Shown here piece after piece: positions 27,929-36,750 of a stretch of 64,000 nt of DNA. The stretch comes from an uncultured delta proteobacterium (GTDB lineage Bacteria; Myxococcota_A; Polyangia; Polyangiales; Polyangiaceae): positions 800,001-864,000 of the forward strand of contig CAWDXG010000001.1 of the NCBI GenBank assembly GCA_963806225.1, read 5' to 3'. The notes beneath the pieces were generated by a model. It was given only the letters and a program-made list of their open reading frames with translations. It ran no database searches and was not told the DNA's origin. The position numbers were made by a program, and so were the translations under genes. The first letter of the stretch is position 1, and each line of letters starts with the position of its first letter.

Positions 27929-30919
27929 ATGCCCAACAAGCCGTCACGCCCAGCACTTCCGCGGATCCGGGCGCATTGGCGCGAGCTGTTCCACTCGCTC
28001 ATGCCGTACCGCATCCGCGAGGTGCTGCTCGTGTCCAGCGCGTACGACGCCTTCCTGCTCGAAGAAGACGGAGTGCTGCCGCACCGGATCTTCGCGGACT
28101 TTGCCGAGCTCGAGCTGACCTGGGCGCCGCGCATCACGCACGCCGCCACCGCAGAGGCCGCTCTCACGCTGCTGCGCCGCCGCCCGTTCCAGCTGGTGGT
28201 CATCGCGACGTCTCTAGTCGGCACCAACGCGGTGGAGCTGGGTCGGCAGCTCCGCGTGCTGCATCCGTCGTTGCCGCTCGTGCTGATGGTCTTCGACGAG
28301 GCCCAGCTCCAGGCGGTGACCCCGGCGCTGCCCCAGCACTTCGATCAGGTGTTCCTGTGGAGCGGAGACAGCAGCATCTTGATCGCCATCGTCAAGCTGA
28401 TCGAGGACTCGCTCAACATCGAGCACGACGTCGAGGTGGCGGACGTCCAGGTCGTGCTGGTGGTCGAGGACAGCGTGCGCGCGTACTCGACCTTCCTCAC
28501 GCAGCTCTACCCGGAGCTGTTGCGTCAATCGCGCAGCTTGATCGCCGAGGGCGTCAACGAGTTCCATCGGCTGCTCCGCATCCACGCACGTCCGAAGATC
28601 GTGCTGACGCGCAGCTACGAGCACGCGCTTCACGTTGCCAGCCGCTGGGCCAGGAACCTGATGGGCGCGATGAGCGACGTTGAGTTCCCGCGCCAGGGCG
28701 AGCTCGACTCCGAAGCCGGCATCGACCTGACGCGGGTGCTCCAGACGCAGGACGATCCGCCGCCCGTGCTCCTGCAGTCGTCGGATGCTTCCGCCGCCGA
28801 GCGCGCGCGCGAGCTGGAAGTCGTGTTCGCGGACAAGAACTCGCCGGACGCGATGAACACGGTGCGCTCGTTTTTGCAGGAGCGCATGGGTTTCGGCGAC
28901 TTCGTGTTCCGCCTCCCCGACGGCACGCCGGTCGGCGACGCGCGCAGCGTCTCGGAAATGGTCGAGGCGCTCGAACACGTGCCGACCGAGTCGATCCTGC
29001 ATCACGCCCAGCGTCACGACTTCTCGCGCTGGCTCAAGGCGCGCTCGATGTTCCAGATCGCGCGCCATACGCGCGGGGTGACGCTCGAGGACTTCCGCAC
29101 GCCGGAAAAGGTCCGCGACTACCTGCGCGACCTGCTCCGCGAGGCTTCAGATCACGATCAGGCCGGGGCCGTCACGGACATGCGCTCCGCGACGCGTTCC
29201 CCCAGCAATCGCTTCGTACGACTCGGCGACGGGTCCATCGGTGGGAAGGCACGCAGCATCGGATTTTGCAGCGCAATCCTGGTGCAGGAACAGCTCCAGC
29301 ATCGCTACGACGAGCTCGAAATCAACATTCCCAGAACCGTGGCCATCGGGGTGGCTGAATACGACCGCTTTGTCCAGTCGGCGGATCTCAGGAACATCGA
29401 GCAACTGGACGACAGCGAGCTGCGTCGCAGACTGCTCGCGGCTCCCCTCTCCGACGAGATGCTGTCCGAGCTCAGGGACGTCTACACCGGCTTCGAGGGT
29501 CCCCTCGCGGTACGTTCCTCGAGCCTCAGGGAAGACGCCCGCTTCCAGCCGTTCGCCGGCGTGTACGCCACGTACATGCTGCCGAACAACCATCCGGACC
29601 CGGAAGTCCGCTTCTCGGAGCTCTGCCGCGCCATCAAGGCGGTGTACGCGTCGATGTTCACGCGCGAGACCCGGATTTATTCGGCGGGGCATCCCCACGG
29701 CGCCGAGGACGAGAAGATGGCCGTGGTGGTGCAGCAGGTCGTGGGTCAGCGTTTCGGGGATCGCTTCTATCCGCATATCTCCGGCGTCGTACAGTCGTTC
29801 AACTACTACCCGGTCGGCCCGCAGCGCGCGGATGAAGGGCTCGCCGTGATCGCGCTAGGGCTCGGGCAGATGGTCGTAGCGGGAGGCGGTGGGCTGCGTT
29901 TCAGCCCCGCACACCCCAACGTCCTTCCGCAGTTCAACAGCCCGGAGCAGGTGCTCGAATTCTCGCAGCGCGAGTTCTACGCGCTCGACTTGAGCTCGCC
30001 TCTGGTGGACCTCTTCGCCGACCCGGGCGACCTGCTCGGCCTGTACGACCTCGAAGTGGCCGAAGCCGACGGCACGCTGGCCGTCGCCGGCAGCGTGTAC
30101 TCCCCGGACGACAACGCGATTCGCGAGAACCTCGGTCTCGCGGGGCCACGCGTCGTCACCTTCGCCAATGTGCTCAGGTGGAAAGCCATCCCGCTCGCGC
30201 CGGCCCTGCGCGACCTGCTCGCCGCTTTGCGCAAGGCAATGAGCTCCGAAGTCGAGATCGAGTTCGCCGTCGACATGGGGGATTGGGGAAGAACGCCGCC
30301 CGCCGATCGCGAGCGCTACACGCCGCGCCTGTACGTGCTCCAGGCCCGCCCCATGGCGGGCTACCAGGACGGGCCGTGCGACGTCGATCCGGACGCATTT
30401 TGCGACGAGGAGCTGTTGGTGCGCGCGGGCAGGTCGCTGGGCAACGGTCGCATCGACGACATCCAGGACATCGTGTACGTCCGCAGCAGCGACATCGACT
30501 CGGCTGGCTCCCGCGCTGCGGCGCGCGAGCTCTGCGAGTTCGACCGCGAGATCGGTGCCCAGGGGCGGCGCTACTTGTTGATCGGTCCGGGGCGCTGGGG
30601 TTCCTCGGATGCCCGCCTCGGCATCCCGGTGGAGTGGCTGCACATCTCCAACGCGCGCGTGATCGTCGAGATGCCGCTGCGCGGCGAATCCCTGGAGTCG
30701 TCGCAGGGCACGCATTTCTTCCACAACCTGACGGCCGCGCGGCTCGGCTATCTGACCGTGACGCCGGAGACGAACGGCCTGGTCGACATTGCCTGGCTGG
30801 AAGCAGAGCCGGCAGTGCGCGAGACCGAGCTGGTGCGGCACGTGAAGCTCGAGCGCCCGCTCGCGGTCCAGCTGGACGGACGACACGGACGCGCCGTCGT
30901 CGTCAAACCGGCGCGATAG
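27929..30919 (+). CDS. Receiver-domain / PEP-synthase-type ATP-grasp multidomain protein
   Basis: Two receiver-like domains, a HHAQRHDFSRW segment, PPDK_N motifs (GGKA, AVRSSS..ED..QPFAG, MAVVVQ, EIEFA, LQARP) and C-terminal PGRWGS...SQGTHFF. Confidence 0.85.
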   Translation: MPNKPSRPALPRIRAHWRELFHSLMPYRIREVLLVSSAYDAFLLEEDGVLPHRIFADFAELELTWAPRITHAATAEAALTLLRRRPFQLVVIATSLVGTNAVELGRQLRVLHPSLPLVLMVFDEAQLQAVTPALPQHFDQVFLWSGDSSILIAIVKLIEDSLNIEHDVEVADVQVVLVVEDSVRAYSTFLTQLYPELLRQSRSLIAEGVNEFHRLLRIHARPKIVLTRSYEHALHVASRWARNLMGAMSDVEFPRQGELDSEAGIDLTRVLQTQDDPPPVLLQSSDASAAERARELEVVFADKNSPDAMNTVRSFLQERMGFGDFVFRLPDGTPVGDARSVSEMVEALEHVPTESILHHAQRHDFSRWLKARSMFQIARHTRGVTLEDFRTPEKVRDYLRDLLREASDHDQAGAVTDMRSATRSPSNRFVRLGDGSIGGKARSIGFCSAILVQEQLQHRYDELEINIPRTVAIGVAEYDRFVQSADLRNIEQLDDSELRRRLLAAPLSDEMLSELRDVYTGFEGPLAVRSSSLREDARFQPFAGVYATYMLPNNHPDPEVRFSELCRAIKAVYASMFTRETRIYSAGHPHGAEDEKMAVVVQQVVGQRFGDRFYPHISGVVQSFNYYPVGPQRADEGLAVIALGLGQMVVAGGGGLRFSPAHPNVLPQFNSPEQVLEFSQREFYALDLSSPLVDLFADPGDLLGLYDLEVAEADGTLAVAGSVYSPDDNAIRENLGLAGPRVVTFANVLRWKAIPLAPALRDLLAALRKAMSSEVEIEFAVDMGDWGRTPPADRERYTPRLYVLQARPMAGYQDGPCDVDPDAFCDEELLVRAGRSLGNGRIDDIQDIVYVRSSDIDSAGSRAAARELCEFDREIGAQGRRYLLIGPGRWGSSDARLGIPVEWLHISNARVIVEMPLRGESLESSQGTHFFHNLTAARLGYLTVTPETNGLVDIAWLEAEPAVRETELVRHVKLERPLAVQLDGRHGRAVVVKPAR

Positions 30920-31017
30920 GAGACCGCGCTGTCCGCGCGGCGCCGAGCAGTCGCGAATCCTCTGGGCTCGCCGCGGCTCCAATGCGATACGAGTTTCCCC
31001 AGATGGGAGTCGAACCA

Positions 31018-31620
31018 GTGACAGATCTGTTCAAGGAAAAGGCGGAAGACTTCGACCAGAGAGACGTTCCGAAGCTCCTCTCCGCGGGGATCGGCGCCTG
31101 CATTGTCGAAAAGGTCGAGCTCCACGAGGGCATGGACGTGCTGGATTTCGGCGCCGGCACGGGGCTAGTCACCGCGCATGTCGCCAGCCGCGTGCGGAGC
31201 GTGACGGCACTCGACGTGTCGCAGGCGATGCTGGAAAAGCTCGCGTCCAAGGAGGAGCTCCGGGAAAAGGTCGACATCCTCCGCCAGAACATCCTGGAGC
31301 GTCCGATCGGCAGGCAGTTCGACCTCATCGTCAGTGCCATGGCCATGCACCACGTCGAGGACACCGACTTCTTGATCCAGCGCTTTGCCGAGCACCTCGA
31401 GCCTGGCGCCAGGGTCGCCCTGGCGGACCTCGATGCGGAGGACGGCAACTTCCATCCCGGGGATGCGGAGGGCGTTTTCCACGCAGGGTTCGATCGCGAT
31501 GCGCTCGGGGCGATCCTCGAAAAGCATGGCTTTCGGGACATCGACTTCTCCACTGCCGTCACGGTCGAGAAGGAAGAGCGGCGCTATCCGGTGTTTCTGG
31601 TCGTCGCCACCAGGAACTAG
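31018..31620 (+). CDS. Class I SAM-dependent methyltransferase
   Basis: VLDFGAGTG, DVSQAML, FDLIVSAMAMHH and ADLDAEDGNFH. Start could instead be 30982 or 31003. Confidence 0.88.
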   Translation: MTDLFKEKAEDFDQRDVPKLLSAGIGACIVEKVELHEGMDVLDFGAGTGLVTAHVASRVRSVTALDVSQAMLEKLASKEELREKVDILRQNILERPIGRQFDLIVSAMAMHHVEDTDFLIQRFAEHLEPGARVALADLDAEDGNFHPGDAEGVFHAGFDRDALGAILEKHGFRDIDFSTAVTVEKEERRYPVFLVVATRN

Positions 31621-31847
31621 CGGCTCGAGCCGCCTGCGCGCCGCTTCCCGGAATGCGCAAGCTGCCGCACCCGATCCACCACGCGCGCCAGCGTGAGCGC
31701 GCAGGGGAAACAGTTGCTGCCGCAGCAGCGGCGCCACACGTCGTCCTTCCGCGAGAGCAGGTCGCGGACCATGCCGCGGTAGGCTTCGTCCAGGAAGGCT
31801 TCTGCCATGGCCTGGTCGATGGCCGTGTCGAGATCCGGCTCCGCCAC
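31617..31847 (-). CDS. Small Cys-motif protein (CCGSNCFPC; oxidoreductase-like N-terminal motif)
   Basis: 76-aa ORF with coding-like codons and a CCxSxCxPC cluster. Confidence 0.6.
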   Translation of the reverse strand: MAEPDLDTAIDQAMAEAFLDEAYRGMVRDLLSRKDDVWRRCCGSNCFPCALTLARVVDRVRQLAHSGKRRAGGSSR

Positions 31848-31923
31848 ACGTTCATGATGCAGGGATTTGGCCTCGCTGCCAGCCCTCCGGCGGCATTTCC
31901 GCTGCATGCTATGATCGGAGCAC

Positions 31924-33126
31924 TTGGCGAATATCGGCTACATCCAGGTCGTCCGGCACTGCAACCACTTCTGCGGTTTCTGCTCGAACCCGACGACGCC
32001 GTACGTGCACACCTTCGAGTCGATGAAGGTGCTGGTCGACGATTTTGTCGAACGCAACTACTTCGGTGTGATTCTCACGGGGGGCGAGCCCTCGCTGCAT
32101 CCGGAGCTGCCGCGCATCTGCGAATACGCCCGCGAGCAGGGCCTGCACGTGCGCATGATCACGAACGGCTTCCGCCTTGCCGATCGCGAATTCGCCAGGG
32201 AAATGGCGGACGCGGGCCTGCAGCTCGCGCACGTGTCGGTGTACTCGATCCGGCCGGAAATCGAGGCGCGGTTGCGCGGCGTGGAGGGCACGCTGGAGCG
32301 GGCCTTCGCCGCGGTCGACAACGCCAACGAATTCGGCGTCGACATCAACATCAACTGCGTCATCAACAAGCTGAATGCGGATCACCTCGACGAGAACATC
32401 CGCTACTGGATCGAGCACCACCCGCACATCCGACATTTCGTCTGGAACAACCTCGACCCTTCGATGGGTCGCGCGGAGGTGAACCAGGACGAGTTCACGC
32501 CGCGGCTCCGCGACTTCGAGGTCAGCCTGTTCCGCGCGCTGTCGCTCCTGTACCGGACGGGTCGCACATTCCGCGTGGAGAAGGTGCCGCTCTGCTATAT
32601 GACGGATTTCGCGTGGGCCAGCACCGAGACGCGCAAGATCGTCAAGGGCGAGGAGCGCATCGTGCACTTCCTCGACAACAAGCAGACCGTGCGCCAGACG
32701 GACTGGGAACACATCTATGCCGAGGCGTGCGGTGCCTGCTCGCTCCGCACCATCTGCGGCGGGTTGTTCGATCGCGGCAACGGCTACGATCCGGCCGAGC
32801 TGAGCCCGGTGTTCGTGTCGCGCGACGCCATCGTCGAACGCATCATCCACGACCCCGACGACCCGAGCTATGACTTCCGCAGCCTGGACGAATGGCGCCG
32901 CGACTTCGAAGCGCGCTGTGCCGAGACGCTGGCTGGCGAGCACCGCCGCCCCGCCGGCGACATGCCCGACGAGAGCTTCCGCGACCCGGACGCGCCGAGC
33001 GTCGGCATGGTGACCGAGGACAGCCTGCGCCGCTTCGCCGCCAAGCGCCGTGCCGAGGCCCGCCGCGCCGAGAAGCTCGGCGTGCAGCTCGAGCACCTCG
33101 CCCTCCAGTCGCCGGACGACGAATAG
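31924..33126 (+). CDS. Radical SAM protein with C-terminal Cys cluster
   Basis: CNHFCGFC, LTGGEP, MITNG, VPLC and CGACSLRTICGG. TTG start. Confidence 0.9.
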   Translation: MANIGYIQVVRHCNHFCGFCSNPTTPYVHTFESMKVLVDDFVERNYFGVILTGGEPSLHPELPRICEYAREQGLHVRMITNGFRLADREFAREMADAGLQLAHVSVYSIRPEIEARLRGVEGTLERAFAAVDNANEFGVDININCVINKLNADHLDENIRYWIEHHPHIRHFVWNNLDPSMGRAEVNQDEFTPRLRDFEVSLFRALSLLYRTGRTFRVEKVPLCYMTDFAWASTETRKIVKGEERIVHFLDNKQTVRQTDWEHIYAEACGACSLRTICGGLFDRGNGYDPAELSPVFVSRDAIVERIIHDPDDPSYDFRSLDEWRRDFEARCAETLAGEHRRPAGDMPDESFRDPDAPSVGMVTEDSLRRFAAKRRAEARRAEKLGVQLEHLALQSPDDE

Positions 33127-33131
33127 GCGAT

Positions 33132-33174
33132 ACGTAGCAAAACGCCACAAATGTGTGGCGTTTTGCTACGTTTT
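33132..33174 (+). terminator. Perfect 18-bp inverted repeat, probable intrinsic terminator
   Basis: ACGTAGCAAAACGCCACA-aatg-TGTGGCGTTTTGCTACGT then TTT, 5 bp after the radical SAM stop. Confidence 0.6.
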
Positions 33175-33262
33175 CGGGGGTCCTGGCAGCCGATGGCCGT
33201 CGCGGAGCCGTCCGTGAGCGGATCCCCATCACGTCCCGGGTTGCGCCGGTCGTGCGCCGTCC

Positions 33263-33276
33263 CTACCAGATGGTAG
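33263..33276. promoter_or_regulatory. Palindrome, candidate TetR operator
   Basis: CTACCA-GA-TGGTAG about 30 bp upstream of the tetR ATG. Confidence 0.5.
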
Positions 33277-33305
33277 ACAACTGCCGATCGGGCGGTAGGC
33301 TACCA

Positions 33306-33989
33306 ATGAACGTGCAACCCGCAGCCAGAACCGATGTGCGGGGGGAGATCCTGACGGTCGCGACCCGGCTGTTTGCTCGCCAGGGTTTCGACGGCACGTC
33401 CATCGCCGAGATCGCCGATGCGGTCGGCGTGAAGAAGCCGTCGCTGCTCTACCACTTCGCAAGCAAGGAAGAGCTGCGCCAGGCTGTGCTCGACAACGTG
33501 CTCGCGCGCTGGAACGAGACGCTACCGCGCGTGCTGGTGGCGGCGACGGCCGGCGAGGATCAGTTCGAGGGCGTGACACGCGAGCTGGTGTCGTTCTTCA
33601 TGGCCGATCCCGATCGCGCGCGGCTGCTCATCCGTGAAGCGCTGGATCGCCCGGACGACATGCGGAAGCGCCTTGCCGCGCACGTGCGCCCGGTGGTGGC
33701 GAATCTGTCCGACTACATCCGCCGCGGGCAGGGGCACGGCGAGCTCCACGCCGAAGCGGATGCCGAGGCGTATCTGTTCCAGACCATCACGCTCCTGCTC
33801 TGCGGCGTCGCGTTCACCGACAGCTTCGGCACGCTCATGCCGAAGAGCTCGCCCTACGGCGGGCAGAAGGAGCGGCTCACGCGCGAGCTTCTGCGCATCG
33901 CGCGCTCGGGGCTGTTTCTCCCGCCCGGAGCGGAAGCGAGCGGCGTCACGAAGACCCGAGGGGTTGGGAAGAAGAAGAAAAAGGACTGA
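33306..33989 (+). CDS. TetR/AcrR family regulator
   Basis: ILTVATRLFARQGFDGTSIAEIADAVGVKKPSLLYHFASKEEL. Confidence 0.92.
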   Translation: MNVQPAARTDVRGEILTVATRLFARQGFDGTSIAEIADAVGVKKPSLLYHFASKEELRQAVLDNVLARWNETLPRVLVAATAGEDQFEGVTRELVSFFMADPDRARLLIREALDRPDDMRKRLAAHVRPVVANLSDYIRRGQGHGELHAEADAEAYLFQTITLLLCGVAFTDSFGTLMPKSSPYGGQKERLTRELLRIARSGLFLPPGAEASGVTKTRGVGKKKKKD

Positions 33990-33992
33990 ACC

Positions 33993-35921
33993 ATGGCAAA
34001 CTTCCTGAAAGACAACGACGACCTCGGCTACTACCTGGAAAAGGGCGTCGACTGGGACGCGGTGGCCCGGGCGGTGGAGCGCGACTTCCGCGCCGAGGGC
34101 GGCTTTGCCGATGCGGCCGAAGCGCAGCAGTTCTACCGCGATATCCTCGAGATGGTGGGCGAGTTCGTGGCCGAGCAGATCGCGCCGCACGCGCTCGAGA
34201 TCGACCGCGAAGGGGTGCGCTTCGAAAACGGCGAGGCGATCTTTCCCGAGCGGCTCGCGTCGATCTTCGAACGCATCAAGGAGCTGGAGCTGCACGGTAT
34301 GTGCCTGCCGCGCGAACTCGGCGGCCAGAACGCGCCCTTGATGCTCTACTTCCTCTCGAACGAGCTGTTCGCCCGCGGCGAGGTCTCGGTGATGGCGCAC
34401 CACGGCTTCCACGGCGGCGTGGCGCTCACCATGCTGCAGCTCAGCCAGCGAGAGGGCACGACAAAGCTCGATCCGGAGACGGGCGCCATCCTCGAGACGC
34501 GCTTTGCCGACTACATCGAGGAGATCAAGAACGGCGAAGCCTGGGGCTGCATGGACATCACCGAGCCCGACGCCGGCAGCGACATGGCGGCGCTCAAGAC
34601 GCTGGCCGAGCAGGACGAGGACGGAAACTGGCTGCTCACCGGGCAGAAGATCTTCATCACCTCCGGCCACGGCAAGTACCACTTCGTCATCGCACGCAGC
34701 GAGAAGGTGTCGGATCCCGACGACCCCATGGCCGGGCTCCAGGGCCTCAGCATGTTCATGGTGAAGGCCTACGAGGACGACGAGAATGGAAAGCGCACGC
34801 GCTTCGTCACAGTCGACCGCATCGAGGAGAAAATGGGCCACCACGGCTCGGCCACCGCTTCACTGACCTTCGAGCGGGTGCCGGCGGAGCTCATCGGACA
34901 GCGGGGCGAGGGTTTCCCGTACATGCTGACCTTGATGAACAACGCGCGCATCAGCGTGGGGTTCGAGTGCCTCGGTCTGTGCGAGGCGGCGTACCGGCTG
35001 GCGCGCGACTACGCGGCCGAGCGCCGCTCGATGGGCAAGAGCATCGATCGCCACGAGATGATCGCCGACTACCTGGAAGAGATGCAGACCGACATCCAGG
35101 GGCTGCGCGCGATGGCGATCCACGGCGCGTTCCACGAGGAGCAAGCGACGCGACTTTCGATGCAGCTCGCGACGCTGGGCGACCTCGACGCGGTGGAGCG
35201 GAAGCGCATCCAGAAACGGGTCGCGGCCCACAAGGCCAACGCGCGACGCGTCACGCCGCTGGTGAAGTACCTGGGCGCGGAGCGCGCAGTGCTCTCGGCG
35301 CGCCGGGCGCTGCAGATCCTGGGCGGCAACGGCTACATCCGGGAGTACGGCGCGGAAAAGCTCCTGCGCGACGCGCTGGTGATGCCGATCTACGAGGGCA
35401 CGAGCCAGATCCAGGCACTGATGGCGATGAAGGACACGCTCGGCGGCATCATGAAGAACCCGCAGGAGTTCATCAAACGCATCGCGCAGACGCGCTGGCG
35501 CTCGCTCTCGGCGCGCGACTCGCTGGAGCGGCGGCTGGCGAAGCTGGAGCTCGTGTCGCTAGCCGCACAGCAGCACCTGATGGCACGCACTGCGGGCGAC
35601 AAGTTCAAGGCCGTGCAGGGCAAGCCGTTTGCCGAGTGGCCGAGTGCGCTGTTCAGCGGCTGGGACCCGAAGCGCGACTTCGCCTACGCCATGTTGCATG
35701 CCGAGCGGCTGATACAGATCCTTGCGGACGAAGCGGCGTGCCAGCTCCTGTGGGCGCAGGCGAAGGCGCACCCCGAGCGCCGCGAGGTGCTCGAGCGCTA
35801 CCTCGAGCGTGCCGAGCCGCGCGGCCGCTACCTGCTCGACGAGATCACATCGACCGGTCAGCGGCTGCTTTCGCGTCTCGATTCGTCCGATGAAGAGGGC
35901 GACGAGCAGGCGGCGAGCTAG
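33993..35921 (+). CDS. Acyl-CoA dehydrogenase
   Basis: ITEPDAGSD, GQKIFITSG, EEKMGHHGS, MNNARI, QILGGNGY and PIYEGTSQIQ. Confidence 0.93.
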   Translation: MANFLKDNDDLGYYLEKGVDWDAVARAVERDFRAEGGFADAAEAQQFYRDILEMVGEFVAEQIAPHALEIDREGVRFENGEAIFPERLASIFERIKELELHGMCLPRELGGQNAPLMLYFLSNELFARGEVSVMAHHGFHGGVALTMLQLSQREGTTKLDPETGAILETRFADYIEEIKNGEAWGCMDITEPDAGSDMAALKTLAEQDEDGNWLLTGQKIFITSGHGKYHFVIARSEKVSDPDDPMAGLQGLSMFMVKAYEDDENGKRTRFVTVDRIEEKMGHHGSATASLTFERVPAELIGQRGEGFPYMLTLMNNARISVGFECLGLCEAAYRLARDYAAERRSMGKSIDRHEMIADYLEEMQTDIQGLRAMAIHGAFHEEQATRLSMQLATLGDLDAVERKRIQKRVAAHKANARRVTPLVKYLGAERAVLSARRALQILGGNGYIREYGAEKLLRDALVMPIYEGTSQIQALMAMKDTLGGIMKNPQEFIKRIAQTRWRSLSARDSLERRLAKLELVSLAAQQHLMARTAGDKFKAVQGKPFAEWPSALFSGWDPKRDFAYAMLHAERLIQILADEAACQLLWAQAKAHPERREVLERYLERAEPRGRYLLDEITSTGQRLLSRLDSSDEEGDEQAAS

Positions 35922-35936
35922 AGCCCGCCGGCTAAC

Positions 35937-36668
35937 CTACGTTTGCCAGAGATGGTTCTCTTCGCGGAGCAGCCACAGGGCGTGCAGCGCGTAGGCGAGC
36001 AGGGCGGCGCCGGTAACGGCGATCAGCGGCAGCCCCCACGATGTGCGCGCGAGGGCCACCGCGCCGTGGGACAGGGTGGTCTCGAACAGGAACGCGCCGA
36101 GCACTGCGAGCACCAGACCGCGCACGATCCCGTCGCGGCGGCGCAGCGAGCGCAGCCGATCGGCGTGCGGCGTCTCGTCGTCGCTGTCCGCGGGCAGTGT
36201 TCCGGACAGAAGGAGCACCATTCCCGACGCCACCAACATCAGGCCCAGAGCACCCACCACCAGCGTGCCCAGGGTGCCGGGGATCAGGCTGTGGCCAACC
36301 GCCAGCTCGAAGCCCGCCATGGCCAGTGCGAAATGCAGCAGCGCGTCGCTCGCTCCGGGACGCGGAGCGGCGCCCGCCCTGCGCAAAGCAACGCTGCCGA
36401 TGGCGATGGCGGCCAGCAGCAGCAGCAGGCCGGCCAGGGAGAGGAGCAGCGCCTCGCCGGCAGGTTGCGCCGCGATGCGTTGCAACGCGCCCGGGCTCGC
36501 CATCTGCATCAAGGCCAGGAGCGACAGCAGCAGATACACGGTGGCCGAGAGCGCCCGGACCGTGTGGGCCGTCCGCTCGGCCGACAGCGTGGCGAGCCAG
36601 TCGAACGGATCGAATCGATGTTTGAAGGGCGAAAGCACGCGCCTGCTCCGATGTGTGGACACGAGCAA
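35937..36668 (-). CDS. Hypothetical membrane protein (about 6 TM helices)
   Basis: Leu/Ala-rich hydrophobic helices. Start is uncertain. Confidence 0.55.
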   Translation of the reverse strand: MLVSTHRSRRVLSPFKHRFDPFDWLATLSAERTAHTVRALSATVYLLLSLLALMQMASPGALQRIAAQPAGEALLLSLAGLLLLLAAIAIGSVALRRAGAAPRPGASDALLHFALAMAGFELAVGHSLIPGTLGTLVVGALGLMLVASGMVLLLSGTLPADSDDETPHADRLRSLRRRDGIVRGLVLAVLGAFLFETTLSHGAVALARTSWGLPLIAVTGAALLAYALHALWLLREENHLWQT

Positions 36669-36750
36669 GCGAATCGCTTGGTGTGTTCCCTGTCAGTGGC
36701 CGCGCGTTGGTAGAGCGTTCAAATGCCTGCGTGGCACGCCGGATGCACGC

